The notes under the pieces: model-generated
What the model was told of the DNA's origin: nothing
Seen by the model: the letters and a program-made list of their open reading frames with translations, nothing else
The model's database searches: none
Translations under genes and position numbers: made by a program
IMG/VR virus record: IMGVR_UViG_3300031539_000008
Coordinates: 1-64,000 of that record
From: a virus
Strand: one strand, 5' to 3'
DNA: 64,000 nt
In this document: positions 1-10,072 of the stretch, one piece after another
Numbering within the stretch: position 1 is the first letter of the stretch
How the letters are laid out: each line of letters starts with the position of its first letter

Positions 1-36
1 GAATCCAGAAGCTCTGCCCCAGGAACAGCAGCATGG

Positions 37-819
37 TCAAAGGACGCTTGCGCCGTTGACCTTGAAATCGAGGATCTTCTTGCCAGATTTGGTGACGTTG
101 CCCGAGTCACCTGACACCAACAGGATGGCCGGAGTGATGGCGCCGGCCGGAAGTCCCCCGTCGCCGGTGAACACGTCGCGGAGCACTGCGCCAGGATTTG
201 CGGCGATCAGGTCGGTCCACTTGTAGCTGTTCTCCAGCGTGCCAGGGCCAACGGTCACGTTCGGCAGAACGCCGCCTGGGCCTGGCCCCGCTCCCGAGCC
301 GATGACGATGACGTTCTGTGTCGCCCCGCTCCACCCGTACGTCAGCACGTTGCTGCCGTTGTTGACGTAGGTGCCGATGCTGGCGGTGATCGCTCCCGGA
401 AGGGAATCATCGTTGGTGACTAACACCCTGATGTCTCCGGCCCCTAGCGGATCGAAGTCCACAATCAGGTTGATGTACGGCGTCTGCACGCTCGGGCCGC
501 CTGGCGGCAGGAAGAACGGTCCGCCTGGGCCGACCACGTTTTCCCAGACGTACTCCAGCGACAAGAGCGACGCGATAGGGAGTCCGTTGAATCCAAAAAC
601 GCCAGCGATCGACTTGTTGCCAGTGCCGCCTCCCGTGAAGGAGCCAGCCGCGTTTACGCGCGACCCGGTTCTCAGCACGATGCTGCCGTCGTCGTACCCG
701 CCGTCCACGTTGGCCGCGTTGACGGAAAAGTCGGCGGTGTTACCGCCCAAGCCTCCACCTCCGCCTCCCCCTGCTGCGTGTTGCTTCCATGATGCTTGGC
801 TTCCTTGTACTCGTGACAT
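37..819 (-). CDS. Putative virion spike/decoration protein with N-terminal RVQG...WK motif
   Basis: MSRVQGSQASWKQH, Gly linker, then beta-rich domain; motif shared with 832-1767, 20534-21055, 59822-60781. Confidence 0.55.
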   Translation of the reverse strand: MSRVQGSQASWKQHAAGGGGGGGLGGNTADFSVNAANVDGGYDDGSIVLRTGSRVNAAGSFTGGGTGNKSIAGVFGFNGLPIASLLSLEYVWENVVGPGGPFFLPPGGPSVQTPYINLIVDFDPLGAGDIRVLVTNDDSLPGAITASIGTYVNNGSNVLTYGWSGATQNVIVIGSGAGPGPGGVLPNVTVGPGTLENSYKWTDLIAANPGAVLRDVFTGDGGLPAGAITPAILLVSGDSGNVTKSGKKILDFKVNGASVL

Positions 820-831
820 GGGTTTCTCTCC

Positions 832-1767
832 TTACGGGACCAGATCGCCCTGGATGGTTTTTTGGGCCACGGTGACGCCGGCCGGGTTGAAGGTTTTTTG
901 CCACCAGTTTGTGTAGGAGTCGCAGTTGAAGGTGCCGGCGCCGCCCGTGTAGAGGCCGGCGAAGGACGTGAGCAGAATCCCGTTGGGGCGGATCCCGGCA
1001 AACCCGGTGCTTGCGATTGTCATGCCTGCGTTGATTCGGCACGACTGGAACAGGCTGTAGTTGTCCACGTTGATCAGCCCGTCGAACCGCGTGCGCTCCG
1101 CGACCTGGAACTGCCAGTTGATCCCGGTTAGACTGCCGCGCATTCGGCTGTGGTAGATATAGCTCTGGACGATGGCCGCCCCGGCGTCGATGGAGACCCC
1201 CGCGTCCCCGAAGATCTCGCAGATCAATCCGAGTTCGACCGAGCCGAAAGCGGCGCCGGTAAGGTCGATTTTCCCCGAGATCCTGGGTTTGGTCAGGTAC
1301 GACTCGTGGGTGGTCATGGCCTCGGTTACGGGTAGATTCGAGGCGATCACCAGGCCAGGCCGGATCCCGTCAATGTCGGGCCCCGCACCCGTCACCACGA
1401 CGTTCCGGGGAGGGCCGGAGGGCGCCCAGTCCACCCCGGCAAAGGTGCCAAGGTTCCAGGAGCCGGGGCCCGTGAGGACGATCCGGCGGCGGGAAATGTC
1501 GATGGCCAGATCCTCGTCGTAGTCTCCAGGGCTGATCTGGGCGACGAACACGTTGCGCGCGCTCGCGGAATCGACACCCTGGGGCACCGCGTCGATGAAT
1601 CCCTGGATCGTCCTGAACGGCCTCGGCGTCCCTATCGCCCCGGTCGCGTCGTTGCCGTCGTCGGGATCCACCAGGCCCACGTTGCGCTGCCCAAAGGCTC
1701 CACCTTGCCCGGGGAGGTGGTGCTTCCACTGGGAGCCTCCGCCGAATCCTTGTACTCGGTCTGTCAT
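832..1767 (-). CDS. Putative spike protein, beta-helix-like, N-terminal RVQG motif
   Basis: MTDRVQGFGGGSQWKHH; VDP..GNDATG...PFRTIQ...ISPGDYDE resembles the N-cap of right-handed beta-helix proteins. Confidence 0.6.
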   Translation of the reverse strand: MTDRVQGFGGGSQWKHHLPGQGGAFGQRNVGLVDPDDGNDATGAIGTPRPFRTIQGFIDAVPQGVDSASARNVFVAQISPGDYDEDLAIDISRRRIVLTGPGSWNLGTFAGVDWAPSGPPRNVVVTGAGPDIDGIRPGLVIASNLPVTEAMTTHESYLTKPRISGKIDLTGAAFGSVELGLICEIFGDAGVSIDAGAAIVQSYIYHSRMRGSLTGINWQFQVAERTRFDGLINVDNYSLFQSCRINAGMTIASTGFAGIRPNGILLTSFAGLYTGGAGTFNCDSYTNWWQKTFNPAGVTVAQKTIQGDLVP

Positions 1768-1776
1768 AGTCGTCTC

Positions 1777-2418
1777 CTACGCCTGCGCCTTCGCGCGGTC
1801 GATCCAGTCCCTGGCGTTCTTCCACACCCGCTGGCTGCTGCCGGTGTCGATATGAATGTTGCTGGCCGAGCCTGGTGAGCCGTAGACCCCCAGGCCCATG
1901 CGAATCCGAGTGCCTGACCGAATCCACAGGTCGGCAGCGATCAGCGCCTGCTTGTTGGCCATGCCAGAGGGGGCCACCATGTCCAGAGCCTCGAAAAACT
2001 GATGGCGTGATCCTTCCTCGCCGCCGACTGCCTCATTGTAATCGGCGGGCCTGTAGGCACTGGTGACCGTAATCGGACCCTTCAGCGCATTCCGGATCGG
2101 CTGAAACCCGTACACGATCGTGGCCGCCATCCTGGGCCAATACGACTTGGGCGGGATGGCGTGGTAGCCGTTGGTCTTGCGCATGACCGTCACTTCGGCC
2201 GCGTCTATCAGGTCCAGCTTGACGCCATAGGACCGAAACATCGCGTCCATCTGGGAGAGCAAAGTCTCCAACTCAGGGTCGCCTCGCTGACCAACGTGGA
2301 TGGGCTCAGGAGGGGTCTGGTCGCTCCACGGTCCGACAGGAGCAGCTCCACCGCCACGTCTGCCACCGAACGCCAGCGCGGCGAGGGGCAGAAGGATCAG
2401 GATGACGGGGAAGGCCAC
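1777..2418 (-). CDS. Peptidase M15 family (D-Ala-D-Ala carboxypeptidase-like endolysin) with N-terminal membrane anchor
   Basis: VTSAYR..YN.AVGG...SRH...ALD and IHIDT zinc motifs; hydrophobic N-terminus. Confidence 0.85.
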   Translation of the reverse strand: MAFPVILILLPLAALAFGGRRGGGAAPVGPWSDQTPPEPIHVGQRGDPELETLLSQMDAMFRSYGVKLDLIDAAEVTVMRKTNGYHAIPPKSYWPRMAATIVYGFQPIRNALKGPITVTSAYRPADYNEAVGGEEGSRHQFFEALDMVAPSGMANKQALIAADLWIRSGTRIRMGLGVYGSPGSASNIHIDTGSSQRVWKNARDWIDRAKAQA

Positions 2419-2529
2419 GACGAGACGATACCATAGCGCCCTCTCGCCAGCGCCGGTTGCTACACGACCCGTCCGACTTGATGGAATGGACGACCGGGGT
2501 GACGAAAGGGCAGCGGTATCGTACCGCGG

Positions 2530-3675
2530 CTAGGACGCCATGTACTTCTTGCTCTTGGTTGCCCCGTGGGCGACCACGAGCTTGGCGTCTACGAGGCGTG
2601 CCAGGCTCTTGCGGAGCTGGTTCGCGTTCACGCCACGGATCAGCGGGGCGATGTCACGCGAGGGGGTCCAGTCGTTCTTGGCCTTGAGCAAGGCGAGGAC
2701 GTGTTCATCCAGCGCGCCAGTGCCCGACGGCGCGGCGCCCTCGGCAGCACGCTGTGGAGCCTTGCGCTTCGCCGTCGGCTTGGCCTTGGGCTCCGGCTTG
2801 GGTGGGGGCGCCGCCGCCTTCGGCTTCGCTGCTGCCTTCTTCTTGGCCTTCGCTGGCTTGCGCTTGCGAGGTGATGGGGGCGGGCGGAAATCCCGACCGT
2901 TCGGCGGAAAGCCACCGGGCGCGTCGAAGGTCACCGTCTCCTCCTCTTCTTCCTCTTCATCGGACGCATCGCGTCCTAGCTGATACCCGCCGATGAATTC
3001 CTCCAGCATTGGCATCGCTGATTCGACGAGTTCCTCCACGGTCATGTGCTTGATCTGGGAGTAGATGGAAAACAAAACTGCCGGCCCAACGACCCGCAGC
3101 AGGGATGGTGGTTCTTCGTGTAGCATTCCGTCCATGGCAGTCCGTATCCTGCGCGGGGGATCTTCCAGTGTCAAGATGCTCCTCGGCGGAGTGATTACGG
3201 CCCCCAGTGAACTCCAAGCGCGCCGAAACCGCGCCACGTCACTCCCGTAATAGATTACCGCCTGGTCGTAGCGATTCCCCTTCTCGGGCACGCCGTCGTA
3301 CAAGAACGCCACCCGAGTCTCCAGGAAGCAGATGGCGGAAGCCTGCCCCCAGACGTAGCGGTGCCAGTACCGAGAGCCCGACTGCACGTTCACGATGGCG
3401 AGCGTCTCGGCCAGCCGGTAGCGCCAGTGAAGGGCCGCCCGCATCAGCCACATGGCCGGCTCGGAGTAGGGGCAGTTCAGCCAGACTCGTCCGCGCCATG
3501 GCAGGACCAGGCCGTCCTGGCCGCGTCTGATGTCGTAGTTCCGATGGGCGAGCGTCAGTCCGCTCTGGTCGTGGCACGGGTCCAGGTCGGCCAGACCTCC
3601 GAAGGTCCTGGCCATCCGCTTGGCGATGGGTATGGGGGTGCAGTAGCGGTCACGATCACGCTCGTTCTCTGGCAT
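2530..3675 (-). CDS. Phage-type N6-adenine DNA methyltransferase fused to a basic linker and C-terminal winged helix
   Basis: YCTP, DLDPC, DGL..PW.GRVWLNCPYS motifs; C-terminal wHTH-like segment; start reassigned to MPENE at 3675. Confidence 0.75.
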   Translation of the reverse strand: MPENERDRDRYCTPIPIAKRMARTFGGLADLDPCHDQSGLTLAHRNYDIRRGQDGLVLPWRGRVWLNCPYSEPAMWLMRAALHWRYRLAETLAIVNVQSGSRYWHRYVWGQASAICFLETRVAFLYDGVPEKGNRYDQAVIYYGSDVARFRRAWSSLGAVITPPRSILTLEDPPRRIRTAMDGMLHEEPPSLLRVVGPAVLFSIYSQIKHMTVEELVESAMPMLEEFIGGYQLGRDASDEEEEEEETVTFDAPGGFPPNGRDFRPPPSPRKRKPAKAKKKAAAKPKAAAPPPKPEPKAKPTAKRKAPQRAAEGAAPSGTGALDEHVLALLKAKNDWTPSRDIAPLIRGVNANQLRKSLARLVDAKLVVAHGATKSKKYMAS

Positions 3676-3745
3676 TCCGTTTCGTTCCGCCGCGGATGGT
3701 ACAGGGCGGAAGATCTGCGCGCAACCGCCGTGATAGGCTCGACGC

Positions 3746-5458
3746 ATGCCCAAGGTCAGCCTGGACACCGTGTTCGACGGAGTGAAACCGTTTGCCGAGT
3801 TCGCTGTAACGAGCGATTTCGAGTCTGACTTGCCAACTGAGGATACGTTTGCTGCCGCCAACGTGTCCGCTCTCTACAACATCACGCAGTACGAGCTGTC
3901 GGGCCTGAGTTTCAGCAACTGGGCTGACCTCTCGGTGCGATCCCTCTATAACATCGGAAGCTCCTTCGGCATAGAAGCGTACCAGATGGAGTCAGTGGGT
4001 GATTTTGCCAATCAGCTCCTCACGCTATGGCGCCAGCCCCCTGGAACTACGGGCACGGATATAATTGAAGGGACGCTCATCTCGGCACTAGATCTGTCGA
4101 TGTCAGCGATTGGCCAAATCCCAATCGTTGGATGGGTCGTCCAAATCGCCTACGAGCTGGCGATGATGATCTACGACGCCGTCAAGATGTTCAAGGACTC
4201 AAAGAAAGATGTCCCCATCAAGGCGCTGGCCTACAGCTCTGGACGCGACAACGACATGGTGAAGCGGGCCTTGAAGTTCACTAACGCGGTGGACTGGACC
4301 GAGGTGTTCTTACCGGCCACGTCTCCTTCATCGTTCAAGAGCAAGTCGATTTCCTTCGGAAATGACGACGACGGCGTGAATCTCTTGGGCTATCTTGTTA
4401 TGCCGGATCAGCACGAAATCCTCGGCGGGCTCGGAGTTCTCCCGGGACTTCCAAAAGTATTCGACAACTTTCAGCTCCCGCATTGGTACAAGGAGAGCAA
4501 GACGCCTCTGCCCGGAGAGAGCCCGTCTGGTTGGCCAGGCACTTCCTCGGGTCAGGACACTCCATTTTGCAGGGTTGGCTGGTACTCAGGCAACAAGCAC
4601 ATCCAGGCCAATCTCTGCAAGAACATCGGAGAGTTCCAGCCGACCATGCAGCAGTTCGGCTACAACCTGTGGAGCATGGTGCGGACGAATGGCGCCAATG
4701 CCTTCAAGATCGCACAGAACTATACCGCCGGGCACTGGGAAGACTATTTCGGAGCCCTGGTCGAGTACATCGAGAATCAGGCGGCAAACAGCGGAGACAA
4801 CAACGCGAGACAGCGCGCCTACGACACGGGGATGTCTTCCTCTGTCGGGTGGTACAACCCCTACACGGGTGACTACTACGCCTTCGGCGAGATTGGAAAC
4901 GTCCCTGGATTCGCCAAGTACCTACAAGATGAAGGGGACCGGAACGGAGCATTCATCAAGAACCCGCTGCGAGCCGGAGGGGCTCCCCCGGAGAACACTT
5001 ATCTGGTGACCTATGGAGCGCTGGTCAAGTTCTTGCTCAACGGGCAGCTTCGCGCCTGCTACCAGAACTTTCTCAAGACCATTACTGTCGCGTACGTCAA
5101 CGAGTCGTTTCCGGCCATCGGCGGCCCCGTCGTTGCCCCCAGTTTCAAGCAGCGGTGGTTCGACAACCGCAAGCTCCTCTTGAAATCCTCGGCGGTCCAT
5201 GACGTGGAGCTGGACTTGATCCCCGACAACGAGTACGCGGCTGCGGTCTCCCAGGCGCAGAAGCTCGGTGGCTTCCAGATCACTGCCGCGCCCATCCCTG
5301 GGATCATCGGGGACATCGCCCCTCCGCCTGACTACCCTGAGTACCCCCACCCTCCTCCGCTTGTTCCGCCGGGACGCGGCCGTGGGGGGAAAGGCGCTGG
5401 AGCGGTGCTCGCCATCGCTGCCATCGCCGGGCTCATCCTGCTCGGTAGGCGTAGGTAG
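3746..5458 (+). CDS. Hypothetical 570-aa protein with C-terminal transmembrane anchor (probable virion membrane protein)
   Basis: Long ORF; Pro-rich linker, then AVLAIAAIAGLILLGRRR. Confidence 0.7.
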   Translation: MPKVSLDTVFDGVKPFAEFAVTSDFESDLPTEDTFAAANVSALYNITQYELSGLSFSNWADLSVRSLYNIGSSFGIEAYQMESVGDFANQLLTLWRQPPGTTGTDIIEGTLISALDLSMSAIGQIPIVGWVVQIAYELAMMIYDAVKMFKDSKKDVPIKALAYSSGRDNDMVKRALKFTNAVDWTEVFLPATSPSSFKSKSISFGNDDDGVNLLGYLVMPDQHEILGGLGVLPGLPKVFDNFQLPHWYKESKTPLPGESPSGWPGTSSGQDTPFCRVGWYSGNKHIQANLCKNIGEFQPTMQQFGYNLWSMVRTNGANAFKIAQNYTAGHWEDYFGALVEYIENQAANSGDNNARQRAYDTGMSSSVGWYNPYTGDYYAFGEIGNVPGFAKYLQDEGDRNGAFIKNPLRAGGAPPENTYLVTYGALVKFLLNGQLRACYQNFLKTITVAYVNESFPAIGGPVVAPSFKQRWFDNRKLLLKSSAVHDVELDLIPDNEYAAAVSQAQKLGGFQITAAPIPGIIGDIAPPPDYPEYPHPPPLVPPGRGRGGKGAGAVLAIAAIAGLILLGRRR

Positions 5459-5482
5459 GCTCGGTGCTAGAATGCCACCTGG

Positions 5483-6154
5483 GTGTCAGAGTACAGCCAA
5501 GCCTATCCGGGCCATGACGTGGTGACGAAGCCAGGTCGTCCAGACATCGCCAAGGCCGGCGTGCCATCGCGCATAGCCACCGATCGTACTCCGGTCGACG
5601 GCACGCTCCCGAACTTGGACCGCACGCTTGAGCAGGTCAACAAGACCATGCAGCAGATGCAGGCGTCGCTGGCCACCATGGGTCCGTCGCCCGCCGACAG
5701 CGAGGAGCGGCTCAACAAGGTCGAGAAAGCCGTCAAGTGGTTCAGCCCATGGAAGGCGCTGCTCGGGCTCATCGCATTTCTGGTCGTCGGGGGAGTCGGC
5801 GTCTTCACGTCCCTACGCGACTACGCCGAAAATGCCGTGGTCGAAACGGTCAAGGCCGCACACGCCGACGTGGACAATCCCGTGGAGCCGTCGGTGCAGA
5901 CGGTGGAGGCCATGAAGAGTGACCTGAACAAGACCGCCGAGGGAGTCCAGACGCTCCTCAACGACCGAGAGCGTCAGAAAGCAATCAAAGTCGTCGAGGT
6001 CGAGCTGGATCTACACCAGCAGCAGTATCAGGGGCTCATCCAGGAATGGACGGCCAAAAAGGCAGCCCGGAGAAACGCGGGGGACAAGCCCACGAAAACC
6101 CCGGAACACATCAAGCTGGAGGCCCACTACAAAGGCCTCCTGGAAGGATCGTAG
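5483..6154 (+). CDS. Single-pass membrane coiled-coil protein
   Basis: Central TM segment ALLGLIAFLVVGGVGVF flanked by heptad-rich helices. Confidence 0.65.
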   Translation: MSEYSQAYPGHDVVTKPGRPDIAKAGVPSRIATDRTPVDGTLPNLDRTLEQVNKTMQQMQASLATMGPSPADSEERLNKVEKAVKWFSPWKALLGLIAFLVVGGVGVFTSLRDYAENAVVETVKAAHADVDNPVEPSVQTVEAMKSDLNKTAEGVQTLLNDRERQKAIKVVEVELDLHQQQYQGLIQEWTAKKAARRNAGDKPTKTPEHIKLEAHYKGLLEGS

Positions 6155-6156
6155 TC

Positions 6157-6585
6157 ATGGAAGACACCGGAATGCAGGTCTGGAACGCCACCTCACCCTG
6201 GATGGAGGCTGCCGCCAGCTTCATCTTCACCGTCGCGCTGCCGTTCATGCTGCGCGAGCTGTTCAAGTGGATGCGGTCCAAGTCGCACAGCGCCGCGTTC
6301 GCCTGCGCGATGGAGAAGGCAGAGAAGGCGGCGAAGTTGGGGCTGGAGGTGACCGAGCAGACGATGGTTGCCAAGCTCAAGGACGCGCGGTCCGACGGCA
6401 AGCTCACGCCCGAGGAGGCCGGTGACGCGATGACCTCGGCCATGAAGCACGCGGTGCAGTCCCTTGGCGAGCGTCAGCTCAAGGAGATGGAAGGATGCCT
6501 CGGCCTGGCCCGCGAGGAGGTCACAAGCCTTCTGGAGCGCCTCATCGAGTCCAAGCTCCACCAGAACAAGGTAGCCGCGGCCTAG
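6157..6585 (+). CDS. Holin-like membrane protein
   Basis: N-terminal TM, then VTEQTMV..LK....DGKLT.EEA pattern seen in phage holin-like proteins. Confidence 0.5.
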   Translation: MEDTGMQVWNATSPWMEAAASFIFTVALPFMLRELFKWMRSKSHSAAFACAMEKAEKAAKLGLEVTEQTMVAKLKDARSDGKLTPEEAGDAMTSAMKHAVQSLGERQLKEMEGCLGLAREEVTSLLERLIESKLHQNKVAAA

Positions 6586-7049
6586 CGGAAGCCCATGTGC
6601 TCGGCGGCAGCTACCAAATGAGTGCCCATCTGCTCGTCAGCCAGGCGGAGTAGCAGCTTGTTCGGGTACACGTACCTGCGCATGGGGAACTCCCGGGATA
6701 CCGACATCTCGCTCATCGCCCGGGTCTCATCTCCGGTGAGCAGGTAGTAGCCGATCGCGGTGATGGCGGCCGAGCGCGAGATTCCAGCCTCGCAGTGGAC
6801 GAGCGTAGGGCCCTCGCCTGCCTTCGTGTAGTGGTCCACCACCCTCCGGATGACATCGGCATCGGCGGTCTTGTAGCCCTTGCGGGACCTTGTCACATCG
6901 TCGAAGCGTAGGCGTAGGACATTGTCACCCTGGACTGCTGGACGTGGGCTGCTCGGGTCGGAGATCGAGATCACGCTCGGGAAGGCGTACTGCTGAGTCA
7001 GATCCTCAGCCTCAGACCGGCCCACGAAGAAGATGGGGCGAAAGTTCAC
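6582..7049 (-). CDS. Cys-based protein tyrosine/dual-specificity phosphatase-like protein
   Basis: VHCEAGISRSAA (HCX5R) and FDD acid loop; GTG start overlaps the SOD stop. Confidence 0.85.
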   Translation of the reverse strand: MNFRPIFFVGRSEAEDLTQQYAFPSVISISDPSSPRPAVQGDNVLRLRFDDVTRSRKGYKTADADVIRRVVDHYTKAGEGPTLVHCEAGISRSAAITAIGYYLLTGDETRAMSEMSVSREFPMRRYVYPNKLLLRLADEQMGTHLVAAAEHMGFR

Positions 7050-7648
7050 ATGGCCTCCAGGTTTGCCTCGGCGAATCTCCAGTTGACGAGGTGCTGCAAG
7101 AATGCCTGCGTGTACTCGTTCTTGCGCATGGGGTAGTCGAAGATGAAGGCGTGCTCCCACACGTCCATGACGAGCAGCGGCTCCATGCAGCCCATCTGCC
7201 AGGGCTGGTCGGAGTTGGGTGCGGACAGAATCTCCAGGTCGCCCGATTCTGGGTCGCATCCGAGCCACACCCATCCAGACCCGAACAGCCCCGCCGCGGC
7301 ACCGATCCACTCCTGGGCGAAGGCTCCGTAGTTCTGCCATCGCTCTCGGACTAGACCGGCCAAGTCCCCGACGGGGGACCCACCTCCGTTGGGCGCCATG
7401 CTCTCCCAATACAGCTCGTGATTCAGCGCCTGCTGGACGTTGTGAAGCAGCTCCAGGTCACCGGAGGTATTCACGGCGTAGTCCAGGGCGTCAGAGAGAG
7501 TGGCGGGGACAAATCTCGCAGCACGGAAAAAGTCGACCGTCCGCTGGATGTATCGCTGGTAGAGCTGGTAGTGCAGCGAAGTCGTCGCACACGAGATCCA
7601 TGGCTCCAAGGCATCGGCTCGGTAGGGGAGTGGGATCGGGGAGATCAT
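7046..7648 (-). CDS. sod: Fe/Mn superoxide dismutase
   Basis: LPY..DALEP, NHELYW, FGSGWVWL, DVWEHA signatures. Confidence 0.9.
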   Translation of the reverse strand: MISPIPLPYRADALEPWISCATTSLHYQLYQRYIQRTVDFFRAARFVPATLSDALDYAVNTSGDLELLHNVQQALNHELYWESMAPNGGGSPVGDLAGLVRERWQNYGAFAQEWIGAAAGLFGSGWVWLGCDPESGDLEILSAPNSDQPWQMGCMEPLLVMDVWEHAFIFDYPMRKNEYTQAFLQHLVNWRFAEANLEAM

Positions 7649-7825
7649 CCAACCGCTTCCTCGACCCTCATCGGACGGAAGCTGCCGCTGTGGTCCCGAC
7701 AAATCACCTCGACCTTCCCCGCGCAGACGCATAGCTCAACATGGCCTCCGCGCGGGATCGAGAAGACAGCCGCCCCCTTGGGCAGCCACCCTGTGACCTG
7801 GAAGACGGAACCGTCGTACTGGACC

Positions 7826-8329
7826 TCAACTCGCTTGGTCACCGCGGCACCGTACCACTGGAGGCTCGCCCTGGTGAAGGGACTCCTGGGGAACGAAGTA
7901 GGCGGGGCGCCCATCGCCGGGGTGCTGGAATCGCGCCTGCTTCCCTTCGCGCCCCGTGGTCCATCCCCGGATGTGAAACTCGGGGAGTCGACCGGTGACC
8001 AGCACGAACACTGCGTCGTCTGCGTCGCGGTCATGCAAGATCAGGCGCCCGTTATCGCGCGGCGTTGAGCGGACCTGGAGCGCCTGGAGACCGAACCCCA
8101 CATCGCCGTCCAGCTCCTTGGGCTCGCGTACCACCGGCGTCCAGAATAGGTTGAAGGACTTGGCGACCGCCATCTCCGCCGCCGCTCCCTCGATGTCTAC
8201 GCCCCATTCCGCGTGGACCTTCGTGTCGCCGTAGACGGGTACCCTGCCGAGCCTCAAGGCCTCGATGCGGCGGCGGGTCCCGGCCTGTGCGGCCAAAAAG
8301 CACTCCCTCCACGTCAGAATGATTTTCAC
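7826..8329 (-). CDS. Phage hypothetical protein, possible restriction-endonuclease-like fold
   Basis: GAAAEMAVAK...DGDVG...QVRST pattern; -10 box just upstream. Confidence 0.5.
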   Translation of the reverse strand: MKIILTWRECFLAAQAGTRRRIEALRLGRVPVYGDTKVHAEWGVDIEGAAAEMAVAKSFNLFWTPVVREPKELDGDVGFGLQALQVRSTPRDNGRLILHDRDADDAVFVLVTGRLPEFHIRGWTTGREGKQARFQHPGDGRPAYFVPQESLHQGEPPVVRCRGDQAS

Positions 8330-8374
8330 GCGCGGATTCTACCTGCCACCTCGGCGGTATGCTACAAGCGCGTC

Positions 8375-8701
8375 ATGCCCGACCCAGAGCTGCCCCAGGA
8401 CATCGCCGTGGACAAATCCCACTGCCAGCATGAGCCACTGGAGATCTTTCGGCCCGGATCGCAAAGCCCATGGTCAGATGACCCAATGGCGCTCATCGCC
8501 CTGCTTCGCGGAGGCGGCGCCGCCGTGCTCAAGGTTCGGGTGTGCCGTCACTGCCAGGTGGTCTACTCCACCGTGGAGAATTGGCCTACGCCAACGCACG
8601 AGCTAGAGGCAGAGAACGATCGACTGCGAGAGGAGCTGGATGCGCTCAAGTCAGCGGCGCAGCAGCCGGCGGAGACCGGAGCCTCCACCGACGCGTCGTG
8701 A
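8375..8701 (+). CDS. Small hypothetical protein (CxH/CxxC, coiled coil)
   Basis: ORF 6 nt after TGCTACAAG. Confidence 0.5.
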   Translation: MPDPELPQDIAVDKSHCQHEPLEIFRPGSQSPWSDDPMALIALLRGGGAAVLKVRVCRHCQVVYSTVENWPTPTHELEAENDRLREELDALKSAAQQPAETGASTDAS

Positions 8702-9910
8702 CCTGGCCGGGTTGGGCAGCGTCACGTTCTTGGGGTCGAGCAGGCCAGCCCTCGCCTGGTACTTGATGGCCTCGTCGATCATGTGCAGGCGGTCCTCCAG
8801 TGAGAGCGCATCGAACTTGCGGTAATACTCCGCATTCACGCCCGCAGGCAGAGGCAGGTGACCAGCGCGCGCCAGCTCGATCGCCCGCGCCACCGTGGAT
8901 CGGCTGATCTTCTCCCGGCCGCTGTCGAGCCGGTCGATGACGTGGTTGATCAGGTCATCTACGTGCCACAGGTCCCTGTCGTACACGTCGATGGTGTGGC
9001 GCGCATTTGCCAGCGCCTCCTGTTGGTCGTGCCCCCAGACACCTCGCTCCATGCCTTCTTCCGATGGCTCTTTCCACTCTGCCCGATAGTCACCGTTGGG
9101 TCGCTGGTGCACCCGAATCCGTCGGCCCTTGTACTCCCACTCGGTGTCAGCGGGGTAGCCCGCGAGAAACCTGGGAGGCTTAGCCTTGGTGTCGATGGGG
9201 TTTCCTGACGCGCCGTCATTCTCCAACTGCTTTCGGCCCTTGGCCGTGAGGAGGTAGCGTGGATCCTTGCGACGCGCATCCTTGCGGATGTACCCAAGGT
9301 GCTTGGCTGAGATGATGCTCGTGCCGTTGGCCAGCCCAGTGGTCACGTAGCCCTTCTTGCTGGCGATTCTGACGGCCTTCATGGCCAGGGCATGCAAGTC
9401 TGCACCCTTCTCCTCCAGGGCCCGTGCATGAGCCTCAGCGCTCAGCGGATCCGGCTTGGATGGATTGGCCGTGTGCAGGAGCCTGGCGTCGCCCATCGCG
9501 ATGGCTCCGCTCTCGATGCTGCCTTGGACTGGGTGGTCGCTAGGCAGCACAGCGAACTGGGGCTTGGACTTGAGGCGGTAGACGTAGTGGGGGTTCTTGG
9601 TCCGCAAGGCCCGACGGTCGGCATCGCGAGTGGCGGTGGCCAGATCCTTGAAGCGGCGGAGGCCAGGATTCGGCTTGGGCGCCCGCTCCAGGGCGCGAGC
9701 GATCTGAATCGAGAACTCTGCCGCGTTGTGGAACAGCGCTTTGTCGTTGGCGTCCGCGGCATCGGCCATCGCCTGACAGGCTTCGCAGTGCGCGGCGAGC
9801 AGAGCGCTCATGCCAACGGCGGATCCCTGGCCCGCTCCGTAGAGCATCTTGGCCATCGAGAGCCGCTTGTGGGCTCGGTCGATCCGGTCGGTGCGGCGAG
9901 CGCGTGCCAT
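8651..9910 (-). CDS. NP-segmented basic protein with C-terminal tag (LRRLLRR)
   Basis: Five NP motifs separate modules; tag at terminus. Confidence 0.7.
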   Translation of the reverse strand: MARARRTDRIDRAHKRLSMAKMLYGAGQGSAVGMSALLAAHCEACQAMADAADANDKALFHNAAEFSIQIARALERAPKPNPGLRRFKDLATATRDADRRALRTKNPHYVYRLKSKPQFAVLPSDHPVQGSIESGAIAMGDARLLHTANPSKPDPLSAEAHARALEEKGADLHALAMKAVRIASKKGYVTTGLANGTSIISAKHLGYIRKDARRKDPRYLLTAKGRKQLENDGASGNPIDTKAKPPRFLAGYPADTEWEYKGRRIRVHQRPNGDYRAEWKEPSEEGMERGVWGHDQQEALANARHTIDVYDRDLWHVDDLINHVIDRLDSGREKISRSTVARAIELARAGHLPLPAGVNAEYYRKFDALSLEDRLHMIDEAIKYQARAGLLDPKNVTLPNPARSRRVGGGSGLRRLLRR

Positions 9911-10011
9911 CAGCCCTTGGCCGAGTAGGCGAGCGCGACCAGTTGGAGGGCGAGCACTGCACCGAGCCCCATGATGAGCGTGCCCATCTTGCTGTTGTTC
10001 TTGGCAGCCAT
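9910..10011 (-). CDS. Small membrane peptide (33 aa)
   Basis: MAAKNNSKMGTLIMGLGAVLALQLVALAYSAKG; stop overlaps next start (TGATG). Confidence 0.45.
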   Translation of the reverse strand: MAAKNNSKMGTLIMGLGAVLALQLVALAYSAKG

Positions 10012-10072
10012 GTCCGGAGCTTATGCGGTTTTCTCGGAATATCCAAGGAACACGCCGGTCATGCAGTGCGGG

